Translations under genes and position numbers: made by a program | NCBI GenBank assembly: GCA_964504165.1 | Contig: CAZDDH010000006.1 | Location: 4,235-68,234, forward strand | Direction: 5' to 3' | Origin: an uncultured Rickettsiales bacterium | GTDB lineage: Bacteria > Myxococcota_A > UBA796 > UBA9615 > CAYRNR01 | DNA: 64,000 nt | The notes under the pieces: model-generated | What the model was told of the DNA's origin: nothing | Seen by the model: only the letters and a program-made list of their open reading frames with translations | Databases searched by the model: none | Shown here: positions 63,619-64,000 of the stretch, piece by piece | Numbering within the stretch: the first letter of the stretch is position 1 | How the letters are laid out: each line of letters begins with the position of its first letter

Positions 63619-64000
63619 ATGGCCTTGAACCGTCTCGCCATCGCTGCTGTCTGTCTGGTGCTGGTCCTGTGCAACGCACCGGGGGCGGCCTCGGCTGGGC
63701 AGGCGGACCGCTATGGGATCGGTGCTGCGGCGATGGGACGCGGGAACGGGGGCATCTGTCTGGAAAACGAGGCGCCGTCTCTGTTCTACAACCCGGCGGC
63801 CATGGCGTTGACCCCTTTCGATACCTTCTCCGCGGGTGGCCAGCTTGGATTCCATTCCTTTACCGACGCCGATGGGGTGTCCTGGAACGGGGATCGGTCC
63901 GGACCGATCCCGCAAGAACCCCTGTCCCCCCATGCTGTGCACCTGTCGCTGCTCAAGCGGATCGCCCCACCCGTGCGTATCGGATTCACGTTCATCACAC
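63619..64000 (+). CDS. Outer-membrane transport protein of the FadL/TodX (OMPP1) family. Partial: N-terminal 127 aa, runs off the right edge.
   Basis: GGGAGAAA RBS. Signal peptide MALNRLAIAAVCLVLVLCNAPGAASA. DRYGIGAAAMGRGNGGICLENEAPSLFYNPAAMAL matches the FadL N-terminal signature. Confidence 0.6.
   Translation, partial: MALNRLAIAAVCLVLVLCNAPGAASAGQADRYGIGAAAMGRGNGGICLENEAPSLFYNPAAMALTPFDTFSAGGQLGFHSFTDADGVSWNGDRSGPIPQEPLSPHAVHLSLLKRIAPPVRIGFTFIT

Noticed and set aside
1-64000. CRISPR arrays, insertion sequences, transposases, toxin-antitoxin pairs, restriction-modification or other defence systems.
   Set aside because: No regularly spaced direct repeats with unique spacers and no transposase, integrase, nuclease/methylase or TA-like gene pairs were seen. 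The short tandem repeats that exist are in-frame coding duplications.

Overview
This is a 64 kb, visibly GC-rich, densely coding chromosomal segment with genes on both strands: about 60 protein-coding genes, one tRNA, no rRNA, no CRISPR, and no transposase, integrase or phage genes. Several markers point to a Myxococcota-type Gram-negative genome: a MYXO-CTERM-like C-terminal sorting signal on a trypsin-like protease, MopE-like CxxDxDCDG cysteine repeats plus a lamin-tail domain in a large lipoprotein, many lipobox and secreted proteins, and Ser/Thr-kinase–AAA–TPR signalling proteins.

Main content, left to right:
- 1–3083: a minus-strand operon for a molybdenum hydroxylase of the CO-dehydrogenase/xanthine-dehydrogenase family, ordered TetR, FAD subunit, 2Fe-2S subunit, Mo subunit (the last truncated at the window edge), followed by a ThiS/MoaD sulfur-carrier gene.
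- 3408–9806: a TetR–TolC–membrane-fusion-protein–RND efflux operon, translationally coupled at every junction, with tandem palindromic operator candidates upstream.
- 9958–10033: tRNA-Phe(GAA) on the minus strand.
- 10210–11165: two paralogous small cysteine-rich lipoproteins.
- 11476–25834: the most notable locus. Three signal-peptide TPR/coiled-coil proteins (825, 1116 and 539 aa) are followed by an ExbB/TolQ-like channel, two ExbD/TolR-like proteins, an FHA–TM–TonB-C protein, a secreted protein and an outer-membrane β-barrel. I interpret this as an Agl–Glt/Nfs-like PMF-driven envelope machine (gliding or spore-coat type), by inference from domain content and gene order.
- Housekeeping: ftsK–lolA–rimO, then PilZ, a sensor kinase – receiver – sensor kinase (HK–RR–HK) operon divergent from a large STAND-type Ser/Thr kinase, kbl, pepP, an NrnA-like DHH phosphoesterase, an M20 peptidase, FabG-like SDR, GntR, an EEP-family nuclease/phosphatase and a fused tandem ThyX.
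- 52255–53256: a PhaF/PhaI-like pair, the longer one with a Zn-ribbon, a small β domain and a histone-H1-like AKP-repeat tail.

All coordinates and calls come from reading the sequence and the six-frame track. Family assignments rest on recognisable motifs and were not confirmed by database searches.
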